Numbered from the stretch's first letter, positions 1-9,957 are shown. The stretch is DNA of 64,000 nt from Desulfobacterales bacterium (GCA_040771865.1 JAXGZF010000005.1:1-64000), one strand, 5' to 3'. Program-made: numbers and translations. Notes: a model not told the origin generated them from the sequence alone.

Positions 1-325
1 TCACGGCGACGAGCGACATAGACGGCATTTCGGATGCCAGCGGTACGGTCACGGTAACGTCGGGCGCATTGTCGGCCCTTACGGTGAGTCCGGATACGGC
101 GACGCTGGCGGCCGGCGCAACCCAGCAGTTTACGGTAAGCGGCGTGGATGCAAGCGGCAATGCGGCGGATACAGGTGTGATCACCTGGAGCGTGAGCGGC
201 GGGATCGGCACGATTGATCCGGATACCGGAGTATTGACGGCGACCACGGCGGGCACGGGAACCGTCACGGCGACGAGCAGCCTGGGGGGTATATCGGATG
301 CCAGCGGAACGGTTACGGTGACCGA
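1..325 (+). repeat. Intragenic tandem repeat of an Ig-like unit, period 264 bp (88 aa)
   Basis: tcacggcgacgagc...tcggatgccagcgg occurs at 1 and again at 265; TATSDIDGISDASGTVTVT vs TATSSLGGISDASGTVTVT. Confidence 0.7.
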
Positions 326-3221
326 AAGTACGCTGAATGCCACGGCGGATGCTTCAGCCCTGGTGACCAGCGGCGATCCCCATATGGCGAATATAACCGC
401 CGTGGGCGCGGCGGCCTACACATGGTCGATTCAAAGCGGGGGCGGGTCTCTTTCGGCAACCTCGGGCGAGACAATTGCCTTTACGGCGCCCTCAACCATC
501 TCCGGCGGAACGAGCGGGGACGCCGCCGTGATTCGCGTGGCAGATGCAGGCAACAGCCAGGTTTATTACGAGCTGACAATCACGACCTTTGAGCCGGTTC
601 AGATCGCCTCTCCGGCGGGAAATGTCGGTTATGACGCGAATCAGGGCGTGCCTTCAGACTTGATGGCGGTTGCCGGAGCAACGGGCGTGTATAAATACCA
701 GAGCAGCAATGCCGGCGTTTTGACCGTCAACGAGGATACCGGCGAGATTGCAACGATCGGCGCCGGAACCTGCCAGATAACGGTTATCGACGCAGTCCAC
801 GGCGCCTTTGCGGCGGACAACGGTTTCCGTGCGGTTTCCGCCCAGATCGAGGTCGTCAGTCCGATCGTCATTGCCGGTCCGGTCGCCCTGAACTCGGGGG
901 CTTCGGCGAAATTTACCGCAACCGGCGGAAAAGACGGCCAGGTGAACTGGCAGGCCGATGCCGGAACGATCGACGCGGACGGAAACTTTACGGCGCCGAA
1001 TGTGGCGTCCGGCAGCCAGGCCGTTGTGATTACCGCTGTGGATAAAGCCTTTGCCAACGTGCAGGCGGCGCATACGGTAACGATTCATGGGCCGGTTGCC
1101 ATCATCGGGACGCCCGAAGGCTATCAGGACGGCGTTCCTTCCACCTACCCGCTTCTGACGTTCGGCGCGACTTTTTCCCTGGCGGCGTCCGATGCAACAA
1201 GGGATTACCGGTGGAGGGTGTTCGACTGGATCGATGCTGAAAATCCGGTCTGCACGGGAACCGGCGCGGCTTACGATATCGATCCGGAGGCGCTGTTTGC
1301 CGCTTCCGGCGCGGGAATTTATCTGGTGCAACTGTCGGATTCGGCCAATGCCGATCTGACGGTCGCAACGATCAAGGTCCGCGTTCCGATGAAGCTGATC
1401 GCCGGAAAATTTGCCGCATCGGATTACAAGGATCGCGGAACCTATGGAGATGATCAGGGCGCGGATACCTTTACCGTGCTGGGCGGTCCCAATGCAGCGG
1501 TTTACAACTTCGCCGCCGTCGATCCGAACAGCGGAATCGGGGTAACGGTTTATACTTGCGGCGCGTTTACGGGCGCCTCTCCGGGCGACGCAACCAACGA
1601 CTTCGCCTTTACGGATGGCATACCCGCCGTGGTGCTGTTCAGGGTTTATGTCAGCCTGGATGCGACATCAAACAACGCCGACGTGAACCGGCTGATCGAA
1701 GCGGAACTCGATGAGCTCTGGTCGGGAACCTTTGCCGTCGTGCCGATGATAACCTATGCCGGTTCCATTGAGGATCCGGCCGGATCACCCGTGGAAGGCG
1801 CCGACATTCGGGCGCTCCATGATCCGGCGGTCTTCGCCGTTTCAAATGCCGACGGCAGTTTTGCGCTGCCCGAGCTGATGAACAACGGCGCGACCTACCA
1901 GTTCTCGGTGCAAAAGGATGGGTACCTGGACAGGATCGTGACCTCGGATGGAATTCTGGCCGACAACGTGATCGTTCTTGAACCCATGGGAGCGGGCGGA
2001 ACCATCTCGGGTTTTGTCACGCTCGATGATGATCCGGCGCCCTATGCCGGCAAACCCGTTGTCGTTCGAGCAAAAACGGCAGCCGGCGAGTATGTCGTTG
2101 ACAGCGCCGGAAATATCGTGGAAACGGCGGCGGATCTGTTTGGAAGCTATGAGATTCCCATTCCCGAGGCGTCCGCAGGAAGCGGGCCGTTTGCCATCGA
2201 GTTTGCAAAAACCGGCTACATCCTGGATCCTGCCAGCGGGCTCGGGATCATCGAGAATGTGGATCTGGAAGAGACGGATGCGGATATCATCCTGTACAGG
2301 GCAACGATCATATCCGTTTGCGGAACCCGACAGGATGACTCGGTGGCGGTCACCATCACGGCCGGCGCAAATGGCGCGTTTTTCAACGGCACGCCGAGTG
2401 AAATTGAAGTCAGCGATGCCGCCGGCGCGGCAATCGATGTAGCTTACGGCGCAAACGCCTATTCGTTTGTGCATGATGCGTATGAAAGCTTTACGATCAC
2501 GATCAAGGCGGATGTCAGCGAGAACCGGGACGTAAACAGCGGTTATTTCGCTTCCAAAACCTGGACCTATCTCCCGTCGGCTTCCGGGCCCGCAAAGGGA
2601 ACGATCGATCCGCGCGTCGGCGGTCTGGTTAAAACTCCATCCGGCAAAACCGTGGTTGAATTGCATCCGGGATGTCTGACCGGAGACGTGTTCGACAACG
2701 TCGTGCTGATGATAACGGAGGTGGATGCGGACGGCGGCGCCGTGATTACCGGGTCGCAGATCGTTGACGTTCAGCTTCTCTGGGAAAAAACGCGCGAGAA
2801 TGTCGGCAATGAGTTCATTAACCGCGTTCAGATCACCTTGAAGTTCGATCCTTCCGTGGTGCCCGAGGGGGCTTTCGAAGATGAAATCTTCTTCATCTAC
2901 GAGGCGCACAGCCTGGGGGATCTGCTTGCGCGCAAAGCATCGCGCGTGCCTCTGGGGGACATCCTGCTGCCCATTGAATATGTGAACGGGTCTACGACCT
3001 TCATCGTGGATCACCTCTCGGTGTTTGGAGTGGGTCCGGCAGTTGCTTCTGACGATGATGGAGACAAAGGCGGAGGAGGAGATTCGTGTTTTATCTCGGC
3101 AGCGGCCGATGAAGGATCGGACCCGGCGAGCCGGATGGCAGTCTTGCTGACCGTCCTCGGCTTGACGGCGGTCTGTCTTGCGCTTGCGCGGCCTCGCCGA
3201 AAAGAGAATGTTGAAAAGTAA
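3..3221 (+). CDS. Large cell-surface protein, 5'-partial: Big_2/Ig-like repeats, carboxypeptidase-regulatory-like modules, a C-terminal HLS-motif domain and a GGGG-x-x-CFI/TM/basic sorting tail
   Basis: The frame is open from base 3 (TATSDIDGISDASGTVTVTSG...), so the gene starts upstream of the window. 'LTVSPDTATLAAGATQQFTVSG...ITWSV' is Big_2-like. It ends GGGGDSCFISAA...MAVLLTVLGLTAVCLALARPRRK. Confidence 0.8.
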   Translation, partial: TATSDIDGISDASGTVTVTSGALSALTVSPDTATLAAGATQQFTVSGVDASGNAADTGVITWSVSGGIGTIDPDTGVLTATTAGTGTVTATSSLGGISDASGTVTVTESTLNATADASALVTSGDPHMANITAVGAAAYTWSIQSGGGSLSATSGETIAFTAPSTISGGTSGDAAVIRVADAGNSQVYYELTITTFEPVQIASPAGNVGYDANQGVPSDLMAVAGATGVYKYQSSNAGVLTVNEDTGEIATIGAGTCQITVIDAVHGAFAADNGFRAVSAQIEVVSPIVIAGPVALNSGASAKFTATGGKDGQVNWQADAGTIDADGNFTAPNVASGSQAVVITAVDKAFANVQAAHTVTIHGPVAIIGTPEGYQDGVPSTYPLLTFGATFSLAASDATRDYRWRVFDWIDAENPVCTGTGAAYDIDPEALFAASGAGIYLVQLSDSANADLTVATIKVRVPMKLIAGKFAASDYKDRGTYGDDQGADTFTVLGGPNAAVYNFAAVDPNSGIGVTVYTCGAFTGASPGDATNDFAFTDGIPAVVLFRVYVSLDATSNNADVNRLIEAELDELWSGTFAVVPMITYAGSIEDPAGSPVEGADIRALHDPAVFAVSNADGSFALPELMNNGATYQFSVQKDGYLDRIVTSDGILADNVIVLEPMGAGGTISGFVTLDDDPAPYAGKPVVVRAKTAAGEYVVDSAGNIVETAADLFGSYEIPIPEASAGSGPFAIEFAKTGYILDPASGLGIIENVDLEETDADIILYRATIISVCGTRQDDSVAVTITAGANGAFFNGTPSEIEVSDAAGAAIDVAYGANAYSFVHDAYESFTITIKADVSENRDVNSGYFASKTWTYLPSASGPAKGTIDPRVGGLVKTPSGKTVVELHPGCLTGDVFDNVVLMITEVDADGGAVITGSQIVDVQLLWEKTRENVGNEFINRVQITLKFDPSVVPEGAFEDEIFFIYEAHSLGDLLARKASRVPLGDILLPIEYVNGSTTFIVDHLSVFGVGPAVASDDDGDKGGGGDSCFISAAADEGSDPASRMAVLLTVLGLTAVCLALARPRRKENVEK

Positions 3222-3320
3222 CCCCCGTTCGTTCTCCCGCTCTGCTTTCCTGGGGAGCGGGCCGTGTGACGGCTGGTTTCAGGCCATGCTCGAAATCGGC
3301 TCATGATGGATTGTGATGAA

Positions 3321-3351
3321 AAAGGGGGGCACGCATCAAGTGCCCCCCTTT
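3321..3351 (+). terminator. Stem-loop, probable intrinsic terminator of the upstream surface-protein gene
   Basis: Perfect 12-bp inverted repeat aaaggggggcac / gtgccccccttt with a 7-nt loop, 100 bp after the stop; the U-tract is short. Confidence 0.5.
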
Positions 3352-3444
3352 GGGGGCAAGCAATCATGCTCGCGTGAACCGGGCTCAATTTTTTGGGTTG
3401 GCGCGGTTTTTTTTGATGTTCCAGATGCTGTCGCCTGATGAAAT

Positions 3445-3506
3445 TGTGTAAAAGCGTAACACCCGGAAACGGGCAAATTCGGGGCTTTTTGTAACGAAAT
3501 GTTACA
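3445..3506. promoter_or_regulatory. Two TGT-N11-ACA sites, candidate upstream activator sequences for an enhancer-binding protein
   Basis: TGTAAC-gaaat-GTTACA (3490-3506, perfect palindromic arms) and TGTGTA-aaagc-GTAACA (3445-3461), both upstream of a sigma54 motif. Confidence 0.6.
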
Positions 3507-3567
3507 GTTTGGAAAACTGCCAAACGGTAACCCCTTGTAATAATTGATATTAATAAATTCACCATAT

Positions 3568-3583
3568 TGGCGCGTTAATTGCT
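3568..3583 (+). promoter_or_regulatory. sigma54 (RpoN) -24/-12 promoter for the Rhs locus
   Basis: TGGCGC-GTTAA-TTGCT matches TGGCAC-N5-TTGCW with the exact GG-N10-GC spacing and is preceded by an AT-rich tract. Confidence 0.75.
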
Positions 3584-4283
3584 TTCATATTACACCTTGC
3601 GGCGACAAAATTGAAGACAGCATCTGCGAAAGCTCGATGGTTCGATGACACATCTATTTCAGGTGGATACGGCAACAAAGTTCCGGAACCCGCGTTCCAT
3701 TCCCTCTGTTTTACCAATCCCGATCGTTTCAAAATTTCGGTACTCCGTCTCGGGGAACCCCTCTATCCGGAATCCGCGGTTTGCTCAAATTCCACAAAAG
3801 CCTTTGACGATGGGTGGGAAACTCACAACAATTCATGGTCTTGTCTGCCGGGCTTAAAACCGAAGAATGCATATTATTTCAATTTGGATGAAATCGGACT
3901 TGGAAGGAAAGGCGATGGTAATGCGAAGAATCAAATGGGTTTCGATGCTGATTGGCCTGCTTGTTTTGCCGGCAACGGAACGGCTGCATTGCCGTTAGGA
4001 GAAGTTTCTTTTTATTGAACAAACGGAACTCCTTTTGGCCCGAATGTTTTAACCGCAAAAACCTGGACCCAAAAGGAAAGATTAATAAGATGTCCTCGGA
4101 ATTCCCGGCCGGAATTAATGGGAAATAAATTGAATGAGTTGAACAATGTCCCCTGTGCCAATGCTGCTGATAACTCTTGGGCGGGGGTACCTACTTTCAC
4201 ACTGAACCTGTCTATAGACATCGGCTTTATTGATAGCTGACGACATATTGAATCATTTTGGTTCCTGATAAATTGGAGGGGGT

Positions 4284-7200
4284 ATGGCCCACAAGGCTTC
4301 TGATTTTGTAAAATTGATTCTGCTGGCGACATTGACAGTTTGTGTTCTGTTCATGACTGGGGTGGAGGGAAGAACGGCTACAGTCTCGCTTGATTATTCA
4401 GCGGTGAATGTGGGGCAGACTGTCAGGGCCTCATGGACAGGTTTCACTGATATGGTCAATGTTTATGTATTGTATAGTTCAGGAACCCCATATGCTACTG
4501 CAAGTACAACTAATACCGCAGGTTATCAGGATTTGAATACTACGGGTTGGCCTATTAACAGCTATTACGTAAAGGTTGAACAAAAATCTAACACCGCAAT
4601 TTATGCAACATCACCTGTTTTTTCTGTTAATCCTATGCCCGACTTAGCTGCAGTAAGCGTCTGGCTCTCAAGCATCAGCACCCCAGGCACAGAATTGACC
4701 AGCCCCAAAGTCGGTGATAACGTCTATATCAATTTTCAGTTCAGGGTTGATAATGCGAGCGTTTATGCCCCAATAAAAATCAATGGCTATCTTGATGGTT
4801 CCTCAGTCTATTCAGCAAGCTACTCGCCGGTAACCCCTACCGGTACGTATAATCCATCAACGCAGACTTATTCCTACTATTGGACGGTAACAGCAGACCA
4901 GCACACAATCCAATGGGTTCTTGATGATGTTAATCAAGTGAAAGAAACAAATGAGAGCAATAATTCGTTGTCTCGCACTTACAATATTCTTAATCAAATA
5001 GATTTGGTAGCCGGTAATGTCGGCATAAAAGACGGAAGTGGTAATAATGCAAGTGGATTTGTAGGTCAGACGGTTTACTTCAGCTTCGATTACAGTATGG
5101 TCGGACAGGGTACATCAGCTCCTTTTAATATTTCTTGTGAACTGGATGGCAGTCCGTATTGGACGCAGTATAATGTCACTGCAACACAAGGCAGTTATTC
5201 GATATCGGCGCCTACCGGCTTTTTAGTTACAAATGCTTCTCACACGGTTACCTGGCGTTTGGATCCATCAAATAATATTCAAGAAACTAACGAATCGAAT
5301 AACGTTTCATCGACCGGTTGGACACCCGTACTCGTCAGTCCTCAAGTGACTGTCTCTCCAACCTCTGGCGTTCAGGGAACAACTTTCTCACAGCCCGGTA
5401 CGGGTTTCACACCGAATGGTGGGGTCACATTGCACTTTACCGGGCCGGATGGGCCGTCAACAGCATCCGAAACAGCGGGAGCAGATGGCGCATATGAACA
5501 TTTCTGGACATGCGACGCCTGTCCGGATGGGACGTATACATACTATGCCGTGGATGACGCCACCGGACAGTGGAGCAATACGGTGACGTTTACAGTGTAC
5601 GGCCTCAACCCGCAGGTAAGCGTGTCGCCGAACAGCGGACCACAGGGCACCACGTTCAGCCAACCGGGAACGGGGTTCACTCCGAACAGTGGAGTAACGC
5701 TTCATTTTGTCGGACCAGACGGCGAATCGACTGCGACGGAGACCACGGACGGCACGGGGGCCTATTCCCACAGCTGGCTGTGCGACGCCTGTCCGGTGGG
5801 TGAATACAGCTACTATGCCGCGGACAACGCCACTGGTCAGTCGAGCAATACGGTCACTTTTACGGTAGAACCACAAATTGCCGCCACTCCATTCCTCTCT
5901 CCTCTTTACCGCGGCTACAGCAGCGACGACACAGACCACTTCTACACCACCAACCCGGTGGAACGCGACGCAATGCCGGATAGCGGCTACACTTACGAAA
6001 AGGTCGAGGCCTATATATCCAATCGCGCTTTTGAAGGCGGCGTCCCGCTTCATCGGCTCTACAATTCAACAACCAAAAGCCACTACTACACCACCAGCGA
6101 TACCGAACGTGACACGGTCCTTGCAAATCCAGATTGGGAAGATGAGAAGGAAGCCGGCTATGTCTACCCGAATCATGCCGATTATCTAGTGCCCATGTAT
6201 CATCTTTATAGCGCCACGGCCGATGACCATTTTTACACTATTTCCGAATTCGAGCGCAGCAATGCCATAGAGAGCTTCGGCTATCAGGATATGGGGGTGG
6301 CCTTTTATGCAGCCAGGAATTCTTCCGCCGCTCCGCTGGCCGGAAAGCCGGTCGCCAGAAGGGGCGGAGTCGACCTTTCCTCGGGTAATTTCGTCCCTTA
6401 CCGGAACCATGTGGATTTCGCCAATCCTGCAGGTTTTGGGCTTCCTTTTGTTTTTGCACGGACCTACAATTCAGGCAATTCCGGAGAGGCCGGCCCCCTT
6501 GGTTCCGGGTGGACCCACAGTTACCAGATCCGAATCATAGACTTAGGAGGCATTGCCATCGTCAAATGGGGCAATGGCAGGGATGATTTATATGTGTACA
6601 ATGGTACAGCCTACACCCCGGCGCCCGGCGTATACAACCAGCTTCAAAAGACGTTTGGTTCGTACATTCTGACCACCAAAGATAAGACAATTTATACTTT
6701 TGCTTCATTGCCTTTGGGTGCTCCTGAAGATGGTCTTTTCGTGGGACGGTTGGTGGAAATTAAGGACCGCAATGGAATCGAACTCGAACTGGTGTATGAT
6801 GATGTTAAAGAAGGACTCTTGGATCATGTGATTGACGGTTCCAACCGCACCTATCAATTCCACTACATTCCGGTTGCCGGCGACCCCAGCCACCTGATTT
6901 CCGAATCCAACCGCTACCGGCTGAGCGGCATCACCGAGGAGAATGCCGGCGGTCTGAACCGCAGCATCGGTTTCGGTTATGACGTCATGAGCCGTTTGAC
7001 CAGCTACACCGATGCCGAAGGCAACATCACCTCCTATGCGTATGAGGATGCCGACAACCCCGGCCTGCTCACGAAGATCACCCTGCCGGAGCTCAACACC
7101 ATCACGGCTGACTACAACGGCGATAAACTGGACACCCTTGAGATCGGGTCAGGCGAAAACGTCGAAAAGACCATTCACCTTATTTATAACACGCCGATTC

Positions 7201-9884
7201 AGACACCGAACGGTTCGGTGGAGGGAACCCAGTACATCGTGCAGCCTGCTGGCGGCCCGGGCCAGACCGTATCGGTGACCCACGACCAACAATATAAACT
7301 GGGAATCGTCAAGGACGGTTTGAACAACCTGTCCGAAGTGCTTCAATACGACAACAATCTAAACCCCATTCAGATAAAGGACAAGAAAGGCCTCGTCTGG
7401 TTTTACAGCTGGAATTCTGCGACGGGCAATCTCACCGGAGTGGTCAATCCGGAAAACGAGGTGACCAACTACCAGTATGATCCGAATGAACCGAACAACC
7501 TCATCAGAATTACCGATCCCGCACTCAACGTCACTAAATTTGAGTACGATGACTATGGAAACGTAAAGAAAATTATTCACGTTGTCGATGGGACCGATCG
7601 GGAAACCATCATTACTCGAGACGGCAATGGCCAGATCCTATCCGTAACCACGCCTTCCAACAATCTGAACGGTATTGTCTCCACTGCGACCTTCACCTAT
7701 GATGCCTATGGGTACCTGCAGACGATTACCGATCCCGAGGGAAAAACCGCCGCCTTCGATTTTGACGAAGGCGGTCGGCTGCTTTCCAGGACCGATCCCG
7801 ATCTGGTGAGCATCAACTATACCTACTACCCGCTGAACCGAGTCAAGACCGCAAAGGACATGCTCGATCGGGTCACCTCCTATACCTACGACGGCAACGG
7901 GAACCTGGATACCATCAAAGATCCCCGAAACATCGTCACCGACTACGATTACACGGACCGTGACCTGGTGGAGACGGTCACCCAGGCGGGCGTGAGAATC
8001 GCCAAATACGGTTACGACGAATCCGCACGCCGCACCAGGGTGACCAATGCCATGGAGAGAACCTGGGAGAACAGCTTCGATCAGGCTGGAAACCTGAGGT
8101 CCAGCAAGACGCCTCTTGGGCTGATCGATTATTTTCACGACTATTATCCGGACGGCAGCCTTCAGAAGCAGGTGGACCGCACCAGCCGGGAAACCAGCTA
8201 TGCGTATGACGGCGCCGGGCGAATGACGCACAGGACCATCGCCGGCGGCAATTATTACGAATATGAATACTGGCCCAACAGCCTTTTAAAGGCGGTTTTA
8301 CGCAACGGCGGCCAGATCGGAAGCTTTCAATACGATGCCAGTGGAAACCTGACCGCCTATACGGATGCTTTTGGTCAGACGGTCAACTACACCTATCATC
8401 CGGGCGGCAATCTCAAGACGATCCAATATCCCGGCAATAAAATGGTTACTTACAACTACAACCTTCGCAATCTGCTATCCACCGTCTGCGACTGGCAGAA
8501 TCGAACCACCACTTATTCTTATACCGATGCAGGGCGTTTGAAAAAGATCGCCTATCCCAACGGCGCATACGTCGAATACGCCTACGATGCGTATTTCCGG
8601 CTTAAAACCGTGAGCAATAAGAAACCCGATGGAAGCGTGATCGTCGAATACACGGTCGACGAGTTTGATGAACTCGATGTGCCGCGGCAGGTGACGACCA
8701 CCGGCGGAATATCTGCGACGCATCCGGCTCTGTCTGAAAGCTATGTCCACGATGCCAACAACCGCATTACTTCCGCGGGAGGCACGACCTTTACCCATAA
8801 TGATATGGGTGAACTCCTGAGCCAAACCAGAAACGGCGTCGCCACCAATTTTACGTGGGATAGCGATGATCTGCCCGGACGCCTGAAGTCAATCAACGTG
8901 TCGGGTGCATCCAGGAGCTTCGAATACGACGGCCTCGGCAACCGCATTGCCGCCACCAGAGAAGAGGTAATCACCCGTTACGTGCTGGATCTTTCGGGCA
9001 GTATGGCCAACGTATTGGCCGAAACCGACGGCAGCAACAATGTGAATGCCTGTTACATCCATGGTCTCGGGATCATATCCAGAATTCTGCCCGACAACAC
9101 GGCCGTTTACTACCACTTCGACCGGCAGGGCAATGTTGTGGCGCTCACCGATGAATCCGGCAACGTCACCGACCAGTACGCCTACGATGCGGATCCCTTC
9201 GGCTTCGCCATGACCCGGCAGGGATCGACCGACAATCCATTTACTTTTGTGGGACGTTATGGGGTGATGGACGAGGGCGACAATCTTTTCTACATGCGGG
9301 CACGATACTACAATGCCGAAACAGGCCGTTTTTTAAATGAAGATCCCATTGGGTTTGGTGGGGGAGATTTGAATCTGTATGCTTATGTGGGGGGGAATCC
9401 GGTGGTGGGGATTGATCCAATAGGCCTCTTTGATTTAAAAAAGATTTTGAAAAATATAGGAGATATTGCGGGAGAGTTAAGCGGTGTTAATAATTGGATT
9501 AACGACATGAAGGTTCTTGAATCCTTTGTTGATAGCGTTGATATTTTAAAGTGTTATCAAAGTAGATATTCTGAAGGTAGTATGGAATATTTAAGGTTTG
9601 AAAGTAAAATCAACGCAGCAAAAGAGGAAGTTTATATATATCTCACTAATATTGTAAAGAAATATTCTTACGAAGCAATAAAGGATTATTCTTCAGATGC
9701 AATATTAGGAGAAATTTTGGGGAATGCTTTAGGGGTTATATCAACGATTAATAGGCTCAATCCGAACGGAGAACCCTACACCGTAGGAGATCTGTTAGTA
9801 GCGGAAACGGCTGGAGGAGATCTTGACTTAAATGATCCCAATGACAAAGCGATATCTGATATGCAAAAAAATATGGGGCAATAA
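4284..9884 (+). CDS. Secreted Rhs/YD-repeat protein: signal peptide, Ig-like, 2x CARDB-like, 2x 90-aa repeat, DUF5648-like, DUF6531-like, YD repeats, Rhs-associated core, variable C-terminal tip
   Basis: RBS ggagggg and a hydrophobic N-terminus. Motifs seen: D..N.V/I.ETNESNN x2; HFYT/HYYT triplet; 'GVDLSSGNF...FARTYNS...GPLGSGWTHSY'; many YD repeats; core 'YMRARYYNAETGRFLNEDPIGFGGGDLNLYAYVGGNPVVGIDPIGL'. Confidence 0.92.
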   Translation: MAHKASDFVKLILLATLTVCVLFMTGVEGRTATVSLDYSAVNVGQTVRASWTGFTDMVNVYVLYSSGTPYATASTTNTAGYQDLNTTGWPINSYYVKVEQKSNTAIYATSPVFSVNPMPDLAAVSVWLSSISTPGTELTSPKVGDNVYINFQFRVDNASVYAPIKINGYLDGSSVYSASYSPVTPTGTYNPSTQTYSYYWTVTADQHTIQWVLDDVNQVKETNESNNSLSRTYNILNQIDLVAGNVGIKDGSGNNASGFVGQTVYFSFDYSMVGQGTSAPFNISCELDGSPYWTQYNVTATQGSYSISAPTGFLVTNASHTVTWRLDPSNNIQETNESNNVSSTGWTPVLVSPQVTVSPTSGVQGTTFSQPGTGFTPNGGVTLHFTGPDGPSTASETAGADGAYEHFWTCDACPDGTYTYYAVDDATGQWSNTVTFTVYGLNPQVSVSPNSGPQGTTFSQPGTGFTPNSGVTLHFVGPDGESTATETTDGTGAYSHSWLCDACPVGEYSYYAADNATGQSSNTVTFTVEPQIAATPFLSPLYRGYSSDDTDHFYTTNPVERDAMPDSGYTYEKVEAYISNRAFEGGVPLHRLYNSTTKSHYYTTSDTERDTVLANPDWEDEKEAGYVYPNHADYLVPMYHLYSATADDHFYTISEFERSNAIESFGYQDMGVAFYAARNSSAAPLAGKPVARRGGVDLSSGNFVPYRNHVDFANPAGFGLPFVFARTYNSGNSGEAGPLGSGWTHSYQIRIIDLGGIAIVKWGNGRDDLYVYNGTAYTPAPGVYNQLQKTFGSYILTTKDKTIYTFASLPLGAPEDGLFVGRLVEIKDRNGIELELVYDDVKEGLLDHVIDGSNRTYQFHYIPVAGDPSHLISESNRYRLSGITEENAGGLNRSIGFGYDVMSRLTSYTDAEGNITSYAYEDADNPGLLTKITLPELNTITADYNGDKLDTLEIGSGENVEKTIHLIYNTPIQTPNGSVEGTQYIVQPAGGPGQTVSVTHDQQYKLGIVKDGLNNLSEVLQYDNNLNPIQIKDKKGLVWFYSWNSATGNLTGVVNPENEVTNYQYDPNEPNNLIRITDPALNVTKFEYDDYGNVKKIIHVVDGTDRETIITRDGNGQILSVTTPSNNLNGIVSTATFTYDAYGYLQTITDPEGKTAAFDFDEGGRLLSRTDPDLVSINYTYYPLNRVKTAKDMLDRVTSYTYDGNGNLDTIKDPRNIVTDYDYTDRDLVETVTQAGVRIAKYGYDESARRTRVTNAMERTWENSFDQAGNLRSSKTPLGLIDYFHDYYPDGSLQKQVDRTSRETSYAYDGAGRMTHRTIAGGNYYEYEYWPNSLLKAVLRNGGQIGSFQYDASGNLTAYTDAFGQTVNYTYHPGGNLKTIQYPGNKMVTYNYNLRNLLSTVCDWQNRTTTYSYTDAGRLKKIAYPNGAYVEYAYDAYFRLKTVSNKKPDGSVIVEYTVDEFDELDVPRQVTTTGGISATHPALSESYVHDANNRITSAGGTTFTHNDMGELLSQTRNGVATNFTWDSDDLPGRLKSINVSGASRSFEYDGLGNRIAATREEVITRYVLDLSGSMANVLAETDGSNNVNACYIHGLGIISRILPDNTAVYYHFDRQGNVVALTDESGNVTDQYAYDADPFGFAMTRQGSTDNPFTFVGRYGVMDEGDNLFYMRARYYNAETGRFLNEDPIGFGGGDLNLYAYVGGNPVVGIDPIGLFDLKKILKNIGDIAGELSGVNNWINDMKVLESFVDSVDILKCYQSRYSEGSMEYLRFESKINAAKEEVYIYLTNIVKKYSYEAIKDYSSDAILGEILGNALGVISTINRLNPNGEPYTVGDLLVAETAGGDLDLNDPNDKAISDMQKNMGQ
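5340..5867 (+). repeat. Two tandem 270-bp (90-aa) repeats, each with a CDAC motif, inside the Rhs gene
   Basis: PQVTVSPTSGVQGTTFSQPGTGFTPNGGVTLHF...WTCDACPDG...SNTVTFTV at 5340 and PQVSVSPNSGPQGTTFSQPGTGFTPNSGVTLHF...WLCDACPVG...SNTVTFTV at 5610. Confidence 0.85.
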
Positions 9885-9957
9885 AATATTCAGGTATTTT
9901 ATTGGAAAAATAAAAAAAGCCGTACTGCCATTTGATTTGGCAATGAGGTGATGCATT

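Noticed and set aside
3462..3486. cccg-gaaa-cggg-caaa hairpin resembling part of a c-di-GMP-I riboswitch
   Set aside because: It lacks the GGCAAA and GACGCAAA context and the second stem, and lies upstream of the predicted promoter.
3611..4018. 135-aa ORF after the sigma54 promoter
   Set aside because: TTG start with no clear RBS and no recognisable motif; not supportable as a gene.
9885..9957. Immunity gene for the Rhs tip
   Set aside because: Only 73 bp separate the stop from the next large secreted-protein gene.
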